A stretch of DNA of 64,000 nucleotides. It comes from Hypanus sabinus (lineage: Eukaryota). A program made the translations under genes and the position numbers. Every line of letters starts with the position of its first letter. The stretch's first letter is position 1. Shown here piece by piece: positions 54,185 through 64,000 of the stretch. The stretch lies in assembly GCF_030144855.1 (NCBI RefSeq), contig NC_082730.1:14136001-14200000 (forward strand), given 5' to 3'. The notes beneath the pieces were generated by a model. That model was not told the origin of the DNA, searched no databases, and saw nothing but the letters and a program-made list of their open reading frames with translations.

Positions 54185-54876
54185 CTGAAAAAAAATCCAA
54201 GTTCTATTTTATGACTGATGAATATGAAATTTGAGAGTGTGAAAGGTTATGGGGAGAAGGTAGGAAAATTGCGTGAGGAGGAAATAAAACAGCCATGATT
54301 GAAGGGTGGGGCAATATTGATGGGCCAAATGGCCTAATTCAGCTCTTACACCATATGCTCTTAAGGTTTTAAATTCCTGGAGTTTTTAATTAACTATCTT
54401 ATGTTAATGGCTCATTCTGTTCACATAGAATACCTTTATTCTGTAAAACAATTTGATACTCTTGCAGACAACTACCAGATCACCCTCAGTTTTCACCCTT
54501 TATATTAACCCTGATTGTTTCAATCAGCTTGCAGAGGTTAAATTTCCTGAATGTTTAATAACAGCTTTTGACTTAGTGGCTGTGATCCTTAGTGAGGACC
54601 CGCTACTAAATATACAACAACAGCATGTTGCTTCACAGCACCAACAGACTAAACTGGTCCTGGGTGTTTCACAGAAGCTCAGCAAGAGAAGAGCTTAAAA
54701 AGGAACTAGGGAACTATTTGGGCAAATTACAATAATATTACAATTCTTTAACAATTTCCACCATTTAGTTATATTTGGGACAGTGAAAGGCAACTAATGA
54801 AATTGAAGAAAATAATTGAAGCTCTTTGAGTATATTGATCTTAATTAATCAATTCATTCATGTGTTGTAAACCCAC

Positions 54877-54908
54877 ACATTGGCACTCTAATCCTGGCTT
54901 TTTGTTGA
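54877..54908 (-). CDS. Same gene, tentative exon 6 (32-bp juxtamembrane exon, VNKKPGLECQC)
   Basis: A phase 1-to-0 exon is required between exons 5 and 7. This candidate has CTGCAG| and |GTGGGT around an 83-nt upstream intron and makes the CDS 1,125 nt (374 aa plus stop). Its polypyrimidine tract is weak. Confidence 0.45.
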
Positions 54909-54991
54909 CTGCAGCCGAATCAAGTTCCATAAAATTCAGCAGCTGGCTATCATATTCATCGTGAAATAATTAAAGGAAAAAACAAACCTAC

Positions 54992-55074
54992 CCCTGTTTT
55001 TTCTCTTCAGGTAGCAAAGTAGACAAACAACAAGCAGGATGAGTAGAATCCCAACAACACTGAACACAGTGGAT
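54992..55074 (-). CDS. Same gene, exon 5 (transmembrane)
   Basis: CTGAC branch plus CTTTCCTATTCTTTACCACAG| acceptor. Encodes STVFSVVGILLILLVVCLLCYLKRKNR: an uncharged TM followed by a basic stop-transfer. Donor |GTAGGT. Confidence 0.85.
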
Positions 55075-55136
55075 CTGTGGTAAAGAATAGGAAAGAGTCA
55101 GTGCTGGTTCATCACTTATTCTTGGCCATTTGTAAA

Positions 55137-55365
55137 GTCTGGCATTTACACATTTTTCATGAGCTCAGGATTTCTGCAGCTCAGAAAATGAACTTTAGAC
55201 ACCGTTGACAGTGTGGTAAATTGCAACAGCCAATCTGTTCACTCCAAGCTCTCACAAGTAGAAATGTGATCATGGCCAATGATAGTTATGTTGGTTAAAG
55301 CGTAACTACTGTCCAGGTCATTCGGGAATACTACCATATTCCTTTACAAACATTTCATCGGAACT
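55137..55365 (-). mobile_element. Ancient SINE remnant (DeuSINE-like 3' half)
   Basis: CAGCCAATCTG..CAAGCTCTCACAAG..AATGTGATCATGGCC..ATGTTGGTT..CCAGG resembles the antisense Deu-domain SINE 3' region as I recall it; not verified. Confidence 0.45.
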
Positions 55366-55762
55366 GCTGCACAGTAGGATTGATTGGTGGTTTCTTCTCT
55401 GACAGACAACATAGCCGAACCTCTTCTTTGAATGGTTTCCATGGTTTTCTTTGTTTTGTGACTGTCTAGACTCTTGGTTGGCTTGGGCGTGTCAGGCTGA
55501 GGGTCCTGTTGTTCTAGTCTATAACAGTGACTTTATAACTCAGAACATGAGCTTCAACTGCTATACTTTAATTATTAAATATTTAGTGTAAGAAAATTAT
55601 CTGTGACAACTGCACAAGAACATCAGGAATACTCAGTTTCCAATAAATGATTTCATTGAAGTTAATTATGTCAAACATGTTTATCATCAGTTAAAGTGAA
55701 ACAAATTTCTCTCCCAAATGGGTCTGTATGAAATGACCTGTAGAGAGAACCTTATACTTTAC

Positions 55763-55838
55763 ACTTTATTTGTAGATTCTTTGTTTTGTGCAACTGTAAT
55801 TATTCCATTCACAGTATTTTCACAGAAATGAATCGGCC
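55763..55838 (-). CDS. Same gene, exon 4 (stalk, RPIHFCENTVNGIITVAQNKESTNKV)
   Basis: Strong acceptor TTTTACTTTCTTTCAACAG|. Phase 1 in and phase 2 out, exactly matching exon 3 and exon 5. Its Cys could pair with the Cys of EICSY. The donor |GTAAAG is weak. Confidence 0.7.
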
Positions 55839-56729
55839 CTGTTGAAAGAAAGTAAAATTCAGTTTCTTGCTTTGTTCTGGGATCAGCCTGCAAATGTTCC
55901 ATGCTTCCAGTGCCAAAGTAGGTTGCCTATACATTACTAATGCTAACACTTGTGTTTTTGAGCAGGGGAGGAGACCCAAGCACCAGGAGGAACCCATGTA
56001 GTAACTGGAAGAACATGTGTGTAAACTTTATGTCTGGCACTCTGCGTTTGCACTAGTGACAGATATCTCATTCACAGGATCTGTCATTAAATCTTGGCAC
56101 TAATTTTCCATCATATAATTTCTCTGATTCTCCTGCTGGTGGGAGAGTTTCTACCCCTCCAATGAGCACTCAGAGATTTGAATAAAGCTCTTCATTTTTG
56201 AAACATCTGTTCAAACTGCACAGTGAAATACATTTACGTACAAGATCAAAATGATGATCAATATTCTCCTGGAATTGCCCCCATTCCAGACCCTGCAGCC
56301 TGTGAAACATCCCTTTTAAAATGAACTCCATCCATCCCTCAGGGAATATTTCATGCATTACAGAGATCCCCTCAGAAGTTTTTAGACGATCAAACAGAAC
56401 ACTCAAAACATGTCTGTCAATCAGTTAGATCCAAGGAAATGTGTCATGTTCATCAAAAGCAGCAAAACTGAGTATTTGAAGTAGTTTACAATTGAAAACA
56501 AAACAAGTTAATCGATTAAAACATTGAAAATATATGAGACAGTTTGTAGGGAATGTATACACCTACATGGAAACTTCAATAGGTATATGAAGAGACGGTT
56601 AATTAACAATATAGGATATCTAACAGATAGAAATGGAGGAATTTATACTGGGCATAAAAAAATCACAAAGCCAATCTAATACATTGGATTTGTCTTTTGC
56701 CCTCTTCAGCACATTTCCTGATACCAATG

Positions 56730-56960
56730 TCAGGCTAATTGCTCTGTAATTCCCTCTTTTCTCTCTACCTCCTTTTTAAAATAGAATTGTTAGCTTCTCT
56801 CCAATCCATTGGGAAGAAATGGCCAATAATGCATCTCTATTTTTCTCATGCCAATTCTTCATGTTCTCTGGGATGTAGAGTATCAGAGCCTGGAGATTTA
56901 TTGGTTTTCAATCACATCAATTTTTCATCACCTTTTCTCTATTATTGATGATTACTTACT
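56730..56960 (-). mobile_element. Degenerate CR1 ORF2 fragment (antisense)
   Basis: TCTGGGATGTAGAGTATCAGAGCCTGGAGATTT resembles the antisense of the CR1 KSPGPD..HPR region also seen at ~58,990-59,030. Confidence 0.45.
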
Positions 56961-57329
56961 TTCTGCCTTGCAATAAACCCGATGATCTCCAGAAATCAGT
57001 CTGCTGATCCTTTGCTTGCCTCCTTCCATAATAAGAAAATCTTTCATCGGACCAAATCTGCACACAATATCTGTGGCCCAAGAGCAAGGAACGAGTCAAT
57101 GTCTGACCTATTTAAGCTTTGGTCCAGAATGGAAAGGTCGAGTATGAGCCAAATCGGGGCAGCAGGACCCAGGCATGAGAGTGCATTGAAGAGGCAGGGA
57201 CTGGGTCCGAGAGTGAGGAACAACCTGCTGCTTGGCTGAATTCAGTAGCAGGCCAGTTTGAAAAGATCAGGATGACAGGACTGGACAAGAGGGATGGGCT
57301 CATGTGAAGCCAACTGCTCCTCAAGGGTT

Positions 57330-57608
57330 ACTTGTCTCTGCACTGAACTGAGGCTGTGACCTGCAACTAATGGGTCCTAGATCATGGCCGTGGACTCACT
57401 TGTATGAAATTCAGTCCTGAATGTTATTTGCTTACTCTTACTATTTACATGATTTGTTTTTTTTTTCTCTGCAATTTGGGTGTTTGATGGTCTTTTTTCA
57501 ATAGGTTCTATTGGATTTCTTTGTTTTATGGCTGCCTGTAAGAAGACAAATTTCAAGGCTGTATATGGTATACATTCTAGAATAAATGTATTTTGAACTT
57601 TGAACTTA
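57330..57608 (+). mobile_element. Retroposon 3' end with AATAAA and (TTGAAC)n tail (L2/CR1-group-like)
   Basis: T-rich 3'-UTR-like segment ending AATAAATGTATTTTGAACTTTGAACTT; family not verified. Confidence 0.4.
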
Positions 57609-58510
57609 ACCCAATCCTATCAAATAAATGTTCTGTGCTTGAAACTGCTCATCATAGGATTCATTTGAGTTCAATCTTTCTACACTTTTGCTTAGAGGCT
57701 CAGTGAACTAGGATACACAATTTTTTGAGTCACATCTTACAACTCCATCTACAAGGAAAAGATAAGTGGGTTTTCAGGACTCAGAATCCGTGTGATTTCT
57801 TTACTTTTTATCAAGATTCAACTGCTTTGATTTAATGACTCAGCCCAGCGTCTATAAAATGCAGAACAGATAATTGTTTATAAATTCAGGCAGAAGAAAT
57901 ACAGATAAAAGTCTACAAGGAACACTGCCATGAGAAATCATCATCCATCTTCAAGGACTGCTACCATCAAGGCCATGCCTTTCTCTCACTGCTGCCATTG
58001 GAAAGGAGGTTGAAACTTGTGTAATAGTGACCTGCTACATTCATTCATATAAATGTGGCCTTTGGTCTTATTACTTCCTCATCCACTGTATGAAAAATGT
58101 TATTCGATACCACATCATTATCTGACTACAAAGAATCTTCTAATATTTCTAACTTTCTTATCATGCAGTGATTACTCTCACTTTTGCAAATAGCTCCCTT
58201 CATGCTCCGAGGCTAAATGTACATCCACGGGTTACAGTTACATGTCATTTCTGAGAAAAGTAGCAACTTCTATTTGCAGATTCACACCCCACTGACCATT
58301 GTAAGCTGCATCAAGCTGCAAACACTCATTTTGTTCAACACCCAACTTTTAATTCTATTGTTCATTCAACTTTAAGGCCTTTGAGTATTGTTTGCAAATA
58401 TACTCAATTTCAATTAATTCTTATTTAATGTTGATCAAATTGTTGTATCATTCTCAGAAGAGAAAATTAAATTTATTATTAAAAAAACATATTGTATACG
58501 TCTCAATGAA

Positions 58511-59105
58511 AGACCATAAGACAAAGGAGCAGAATTAGGCCACCTGGCCCAGCGAGACTGCTCCGCCATTCAATCATGGCTGATCCTTTTATTCAATCTC
58601 CTCCTCAACCCCAGTTCCCAGCCTTCTCCTCGTAACCTTTGATGACATGTCCAGTCAAGAACCTATCACTCTCTGCTTTAAATACACCCAGTGACCTGGC
58701 CTCCACAGCTGCATGTGGCAAAAAATTCCACAAATTCACCACCCTTTGGATAAAGAAATATCTCTGCATCTCTGGTTTGAAAGGACGTCCCTCTATCCTG
58801 AGGCTGTGCCCCTTTGTTATCAACACTCCCACCATGGGAAACAACTTTTCCACATCTAATCTGGAGCATTGTCTACAATTTCCCTTCCTTTGCCTCCCTT
58901 CCTTCTTAAACTGTGAAATGATATTTCCAGAGTCTGGTTATTTTTCAAAGATAACCACTAATGCCTTCACTTCCCTCTTCCTGAAACCTGGGTGTAGTCC
59001 ATCTGATCCAGGTGACTTATCGACCACCCTGAGCATCTTCTCCTTAGTAAAAGTGAAAACATTCACTTCTGCCCCCTGACATTGCCGAATTTCTGTCATT
59101 CCCAC
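58511..59105 (-). mobile_element. Internally deleted CR1 LINE remnant in intron 3
   Basis: The minus-strand frame MEKLFPMVG..TKGHSLRIEGRPFKPEMQRYFFIQRVVNLWNFLP..AVEARSLGVFKAESDRFL is the CR1 ORF2 C-terminus. It is directly fused to an upstream DKSPGSDGLHP piece. The 3' tail is at 58,511. Confidence 0.85.
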
Positions 59106-59527
59106 CATATATTTGATATATTTTATGTCCAATTCCCAATTGCAATGTCCAATTATGCCCAATTTCCCTCAGGCTCAATAAAGGATATCTGTCTGTCTGT
59201 CCTTCCTTTTGTTTTTATGACAGTATCAATGTCTCACAACTTAACAGCTCTTCTAGCTTTTTCAGAGCTGAAGCCAGAAGTATGAATGGAATGCTCTCAA
59301 TTTGTCTAGATTTGCTAGACCAATTATGTTTGAGATGCTCCACGTTTTCCAGGAGGAAATGACAGACTTAACTGTTGACACATTTTATTTCCACCCCATG
59401 GAAGCTGCAATGTGTAGCTCTACAAATGCAAAGAAATTCATTACCCTCACTAGAAGTATAAGAGCACATGTAACAGAGTACCTTGAATAATTATTTAAAT
59501 GTATCCCCCCTTAAAATTAGAACTTAC

Positions 59528-59848
59528 TGGTGCCATTGATTTCTGTCACATAACTGCAGATCTCTCCGTTGTTGAAAACTGTCATATTAACCATTGCACT
59601 GGATCTTGCTCCAAGCCAATTCGAAGCACTGCAGTAATATAGATGGTGCTGGTGGTTGAAAGATTTACAGCATAGATTCAGTTCATTTGTATCTGAGATC
59701 TTTGTATGTCCAGATGAGGTTTGTTCATACCATCTGTAATGAATGGGAAGGGATCCCTGGGAAGACTCACAGGAAAGAGAGACTAAGCCTCTGAGATGTG
59801 AATTATTTGCTGGTGATGGATATCGAAGCAAAGGAACAGACACAGGTT
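59528..59848 (-). CDS. Same gene, exon 3 (C2-type Ig domain, FcRL/PECAM-like)
   Basis: Acceptor TTCCTTTCCACAG|, donor |GTAAGT, 321 bp, phase 1-1. Motifs VSLSCESSQGSLPIHYRWY...YYCSASNWLG. Confidence 0.9.
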
Positions 59849-59900
59849 CTGTGGAAAGGAATTCAACAATCAGACACTGAATGAACATCTGAAAATCAAA

Positions 59901-60988
59901 CACTCTTCTGCCACTTTATTAGGTACTCCTGTTCACCTGCTTGTTAATGCAAATATCTAATTAATCTATCATCTGGCAACAACACAGTCCATAAAAGCAG
60001 GAAGACATAGTTAAGAGGTTCAGTTGTTGTTAGGCCAATCATCAGAATGGGGAGGAAATGTGATCTTAGTGGCTTTCATCATGGAATCATAGTTGGTGCC
60101 AGAAGGGGAGGTTTGAGTATCTCAAAAACTGTTGATGTGCTGGGATTTTCATGCACAACAGTCACTAGAGTTTACAGAGAATGGTGAAAAACAAGAAATA
60201 TCCAGTGATCAGCAATTATGTGAGCAAAATGCCTTGTCAATGAGAGAGGTCTGTCATTACCTCCAGTTGAACTTTGTCTCTTTGTGTGTTTTCCTACTAG
60301 CTGTCAGAGTCTGGTTTTGTATTGTCATGTGCTGTTGTCTGTGTTCATGCCCCATGTGCTCCTGTCCCCGCTCCTGCTCTACTCCGGCCACTGTATCACT
60401 GAGAACTCCCCTCTCATCTGTTTCTCATTATTACCTGTTTTGCTGCCACTTCTGTCTCATTGTACTCCACCTATCATCTGCCTCTCTGCTTATTGCTCAG
60501 TGTACTTTAACCCTGTGTTGTCACCTGTTTGTTGCCAGATTGTGCCAGTGAATTTTCCTGAGCCTTTCCACTATTCGTATCTGTACTCTGTCTGTCTGAC
60601 TATCGACTCTGCCTGTTTCCCGATTCTGGTTTTTGGATTTATCTGGATGTGTTGGTTTCTGCCTGAACTTTGACACTGACTTTGTTTGTAACTCGGGATT
60701 TGTACTCAATTAATATCACTGTGTGCACGGTGCCAGATCTGCGAATGGATCCCTTCTCCAGTGCCCTGACAAGGTCAGAGATGAATGGCCAGACTGGTTC
60801 TAGCTGACAGAAAGATGACAAAAATACAGATAACCACATTTTATGTCAGTGGTGTGCAGAAGAGCATCTGGACACACAACACATCGAACCTTGAAATGAA
60901 TCGGCCATAGCAGCAGAAGACCATAACAATAAACTCAGTGGCCACTTTATTAGGCAGAGGAGGGTCCTAAGGAATTGGCCATTGAGTA
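59901..60988 (+). mobile_element. Non-autonomous Tc1/mariner-derived element, interrupted by a solo LTR
   Basis: Left TIR-like CACTCTTCTGCCACTTTATTAGGTAC. The right end has a direct TIR copy (ACTCAGTGGCCACTTTATTAGG, ~60,933) followed by the inverted TIR (CCTAAGGAATTGGCCATTGAGTA). Sequence rejoins seamlessly as GAGAGAGGTC|AGAG when 60,252-60,776 is removed. Confidence 0.75.
60252..60771 (+). mobile_element. Solo LTR (520 bp)
   Basis: Starts TGTCA and ends TGACA (terminal inverted repeat). Flanked by a perfect 5-bp TSD AGGTC (60,247-60,251 and 60,772-60,776). No internal coding region. Confidence 0.85.
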
Positions 60989-61339
60989 TTTCGACACGTG
61001 TATGGAGACTGTCAGGAGAAAATGAAATTGTGACTGGGTTCAGTGACCTGCTGTAGACAGGGAAACATTTGGCACTGATATTAATGCAGAGATAGTGAGG
61101 GATGGGCAGGGTCTGGACAAAGATCTTGTAATCTGTGCAGAGGCTGATCAGTAGTAGGAGGAGATTGCTGTTCTTTGGACACATCCATGAAATGGGCATT
61201 TCTCCATTCTACAAGCTCGAACCTGGGATAGGCACGTCATCACTTCCCAGGACAACTAATGCACTGACCCTTCCCAGAGGAAAGATGGATGGGACATTTA
61301 CTTTACAGAAAGCCCAAAGTCAATCACTGAGAAACCTAC

Positions 61340-61660
61340 CTTCAGATACTTGTAAATGTACACTAAACTTCGGATCGATACCTCGTTCTGTAAATCCACA
61401 GCTGTACCATCCTGTATCTCCAGAGTGAGGATTCTTCATAGTAACAGTAAATATTCTCCATTCTGGGTTATCTGTGATTGACACTCGTCCACTCTGTCCG
61501 TGTTGCCCTTTTGTTTCCACTAAAACTGAACATTGGAAAGTCCATCCATGGCACCAATACTTTGTGTGGGAGCGGTACTTTTCTTCATAGTGACAATCGA
61601 TTGTGATCGCTCTTCCCACAACTCCTCTTACATATTTCTCTGCCCACAATGCACCTGAAA
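61340..61660 (-). CDS. Same gene, exon 2 (end of signal peptide plus CD300/pIgR-type IgV domain)
   Basis: Acceptor CCTCCCTCAG| (with an alternative in-frame CAG 6 nt downstream), donor |GTAGGT, 321 bp, phase 1-1. Motifs IDCHY, KYWCHGWTFQC (extra CD300/pIgR-type Cys pair), RVSITDN, DTGWYSCG. Confidence 0.93.
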
Positions 61661-61819
61661 CTGAGGGAGGCATCTTCAGATTTGAAGGGGAAAGAACAAC
61701 TTAATTCAAACAACTAACTTTGAACATCACGGTAAAAACAGGTCCAGGTCACGTCCAACATGTCGTCCATGACACCACAGCCAATGATTTTGGTGTGAAG
61801 TGCAGTCAGTGCTGTTACT

Positions 61820-62010
61820 GTGTCAGTGCTCTCTCCCCTGTGTCAGTACATTGTGGGTTCACTTCCCACTCCAGAGTCCTGAGCAGAAACCAGGGTTAAC
61901 CATCCAATACAGTTAGAGGGAGAGCTGCAACATTGAATTATAAATTACCTCAGATCATGCTGCACGTTCAAATGCCCACAAAGATCCCAGGCAATTTATT
62001 TGGGATAGAT
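61820..62010 (+). mobile_element. tRNA-derived SINE remnant (DeuSINE-like 5' half)
   Basis: B-box-like GTGGGTTCACTTCCCACTCCAGAG followed by ...AAAGATCCCAGGCA; family call from recalled similarity only. Confidence 0.45.
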
Positions 62011-62334
62011 AGCGCTACTCTACATGGAGATTTGTGAGGGTATGGTTCGGTTCTCTCCATGATGCCGATGTCCTGACTTCCTCCTCACTTATGACAAGTT
62101 TATTAGCTGCAGAAAGAAACTCCTCATGAACTCTGAAACTGTGCCCTCTGGTTCTGATGGAAATGTTATATTTCTATCTGTCAGATATTTCTATGGGTAC
62201 TTAGAAGGTGGTGCAACAGTGGTCGTTACCACTTTAGTGTCTAGAAATCCAGGTGTGTTTTCAATTTCTGCTGGGATATACTGTGTGTTTAAATCTAATT
62301 TATTATTTCTGGAATTAAAAACCACATATCCATA

Positions 62335-62610
62335 TATTTAATCCTGTCTTTTGTAAATAAGGGCTCCAAATTTTCAAAAATGTTTCAGGGGAAAGAAATA
62401 AATATACATTTAAAACTATTACGAATTCCATGGAGCATGTGGAGATCTTCCAATAACCAGGCATTCTTTCTTTCTTTCTTTCTTTCTTTCTTTTTTTTTT
62501 CTATAGGGCAGTTAGGGGGGAGGGGTTAAGGGGAGGGGGTATGGGTTATATACATTGTTTTTTCATACTTTGTAATCATTTAAAAATGCAATAAAAAAGT
62601 TAAAAAAAAA
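62335..62610 (+). mobile_element. 5'-truncated poly(A) retroposon (L1-like 3' end) with TSD, in intron 1
   Basis: G-rich tract, AATAAA (~62,590) and an A-tail. Flanked by the direct repeat CATATCCATA (62,325-62,334 and 62,611-62,620). Confidence 0.65.
62464..62500. repeat. (TTTC)n microsatellite plus poly-T
   Basis: TTCTTTCTTTCTTTCTTTCTTTCTTTCTTTTTTTTTT read directly. Confidence 0.95.
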
Positions 62611-63299
62611 CATATCCATAATGATAGTGATCAACTACAAGATTGTCAAAAGCCCATCTGGATCAGTAAGGCCTTTAAGGACAGAAATCTCTCATCCCTC
62701 CCCACCCTGGTTTACCTGTGACTCCACATCTAGTAATGTTCTTTACTAATTGCCCCACTGGAATGGCCCAGGAAAGACATTGATATCAATAGAATAAAGT
62801 CCATTTACGTAGTGATCCCTGCAGAGTGAGATCAGTTTCCAATAAACCTGATGTTCCCACTTAACACCCTCTAGATTCCATCAGCAGAATATATATATAT
62901 TCTTCCCTCACCTGACTCCACACTATATCCTTTTTCTTCTTATCTGCTTCCTCCTCTTATGCATCTCCAAAGTCCACCCCTTTTCCTCTCCATTCCAGTT
63001 GCATGTCATGCTTCACCCCTCCTAAGTCCCCGACCCCCTAGTGGATCCAACCTCACACTTCCCCCTCTCCTACTTATACTCTCCACTCACATTTGAGGCA
63101 GTGTCACAGAAAAATCTTAGCCAATTCCCCTCCCCCTAACAGACGCTGCTTGAGCCGTTGAGTTCCTCCAGGGTGCACTCTGAACTCCAATTTCTCATAT
63201 CTTCTGTGTCTACGGGTTTTCAAGTACTGTTCTGTAAATGGTGTATGACACCCAAACCAACACTGATTATGCAAACGTCCAGCAAAATTTGTCACTTAC

Positions 63300-63336
63300 C
63301 GGGTAGGAAACCAATCAGGACAATTGAAGTCCACAT
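63300..63336 (-). CDS. Same gene, exon 1 (signal peptide MWTSIVLIGFLP)
   Basis: ATG at 63,336 and a perfect donor G|GTAAGT in phase 1. Joins exon 2 to give the hydrophobic leader MWTSIVLIGFLPVSGALWA. Confidence 0.85.
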
Positions 63337-63400
63337 TTTTTTTATTCACAGAGACCCAGCCAGGACCTGTCTGTCCTCAGAGAGAAATAACTGTGAAATA

Positions 63401-63427
63401 AAAATGAGGAAGAAGACAGCAGGAAGT
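63401..63427. promoter_or_regulatory. ETS/PU.1-type motifs upstream of the receptor ATG
   Basis: AAAATGAGGAAG (63,401-63,412) and CAGGAAGT (63,420-63,427), 65-90 bp upstream of the ATG; motif match only. Confidence 0.35.
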
Positions 63428-63724
63428 TAGGTCAAAAAATTAAGAGTGACACAACTGATACGTGACAATCTGGAAAGCTTTTTGGTATATTTAGCAAAAC
63501 AGAAATACTTAAATAATTGCTAAAAATTGAACAAAATTGTGAAAAGAGTTGAAATATTTGACACAATCTACAGTAGATGTTCTACTCTGAATGAACAGTA
63601 AATAGCTGAGGGTGTCCTGAAACAGGGGATTAATCTGAAATGTTGACCACTCTGCCTCCACAGATCCCACATGATTCCAGAAGTTCATCCAGAAGTTTTA
63701 TTTTTTCCTTGACTTAAAATATAC

Positions 63725-63935
63725 TCACTGGAGTTTAGAATAATGAGATGGAATCTCGTAGAAACCTATTGAATATTGAAAGGCCTCAAGTGAGTGGATA
63801 TGGAGAGAATATTTCCTGCAGTAAGTGTGTCTACAAGCAGATGGCACAGCCTCAGAGTACATGAGGTTGATAGGTTCTTGATTTGTAAAGGCATCAAGGG
63901 TTATGGGGAAAACAGGAGAATAGGGTTGAGAAGGC
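63725..63935 (+). mobile_element. CR1 LINE 3'-end remnant
   Basis: VDMERIFPAVSVSTSRWHSLR...EVDRFLICKGIKGYGE is an internally deleted CR1 ORF2 C-terminus. Confidence 0.75.
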
Positions 63936-64000
63936 CTAATTCTTCTTCAATGCCTTTTGTGTCTTCTGGGCTTCTAATACGGGCACCAATCTTGTGAATC

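Noticed and set aside
56000-59500. Other candidate stalk exons (acceptor-like sites near 59,420, 58,250, 58,120, 57,850, 57,750, 56,620)
   Set aside because: Each hits a stop within a few codons in the required phase-1 frame or lacks a compatible donor; 55,763-55,838 fits both neighbours.
60323-60771. Alternative solo-LTR start at TGTCATG (60,323) or TGTCAG (60,302)
   Set aside because: Neither gives a TSD; only 60,252 gives AGGTC on both sides and restores the host element.
50376-63997. Remaining short ORFs of 60-150 aa in the track
   Set aside because: They are CR1, R4 or LTR remnants, or antisense/alternate frames of the receptor exons, with no independent gene signals.

Overview
Vertebrate genomic DNA; the repeat landscape and receptor type suggest a cartilaginous fish, probably a ray (inference). 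Positions 1-~49,615 are one head-to-tail satellite array that continues past the left edge of the window. It holds ~1,660 copies of a 30-bp, 60% GC monomer (GGAACACCGAGCCTGGACTTGGACTCGAGT), with recurrent 29-, 28- and 24-bp variants arranged in layered higher-order repeats (~0.9-1.05 kb, 1,433 bp, 3,614 bp, ~5.7 kb and others). Nearly all long ORFs in the supplied track come from this stop-poor monomer and are not called as genes. At its right edge the array decays into a ~540-bp segment that looks like the 5' end of a minus-strand LTR (TGTCATGATCC..., TATA-like box) inserted into a CR1 3' end, so the satellite appears to have expanded inside an LTR. Positions 50.2-64 kb are AT-rich and full of TE remnants: CR1, an R4/Dong-type endonuclease fragment, Tc1-derived elements, a solo LTR with a 5-bp TSD, SINEs and an L1-like tail. 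They also contain a 7-exon minus-strand gene I reconstructed by hand (ATG 63,336, stop 53,930, 374 aa): signal peptide, CD300/pIgR-type IgV, C2-type Ig, short Cys stalk, uncharged TM, and a tail with two ITIM-like motifs. This is a CD300-like/MDIR-like inhibitory receptor transcribed toward the satellite.
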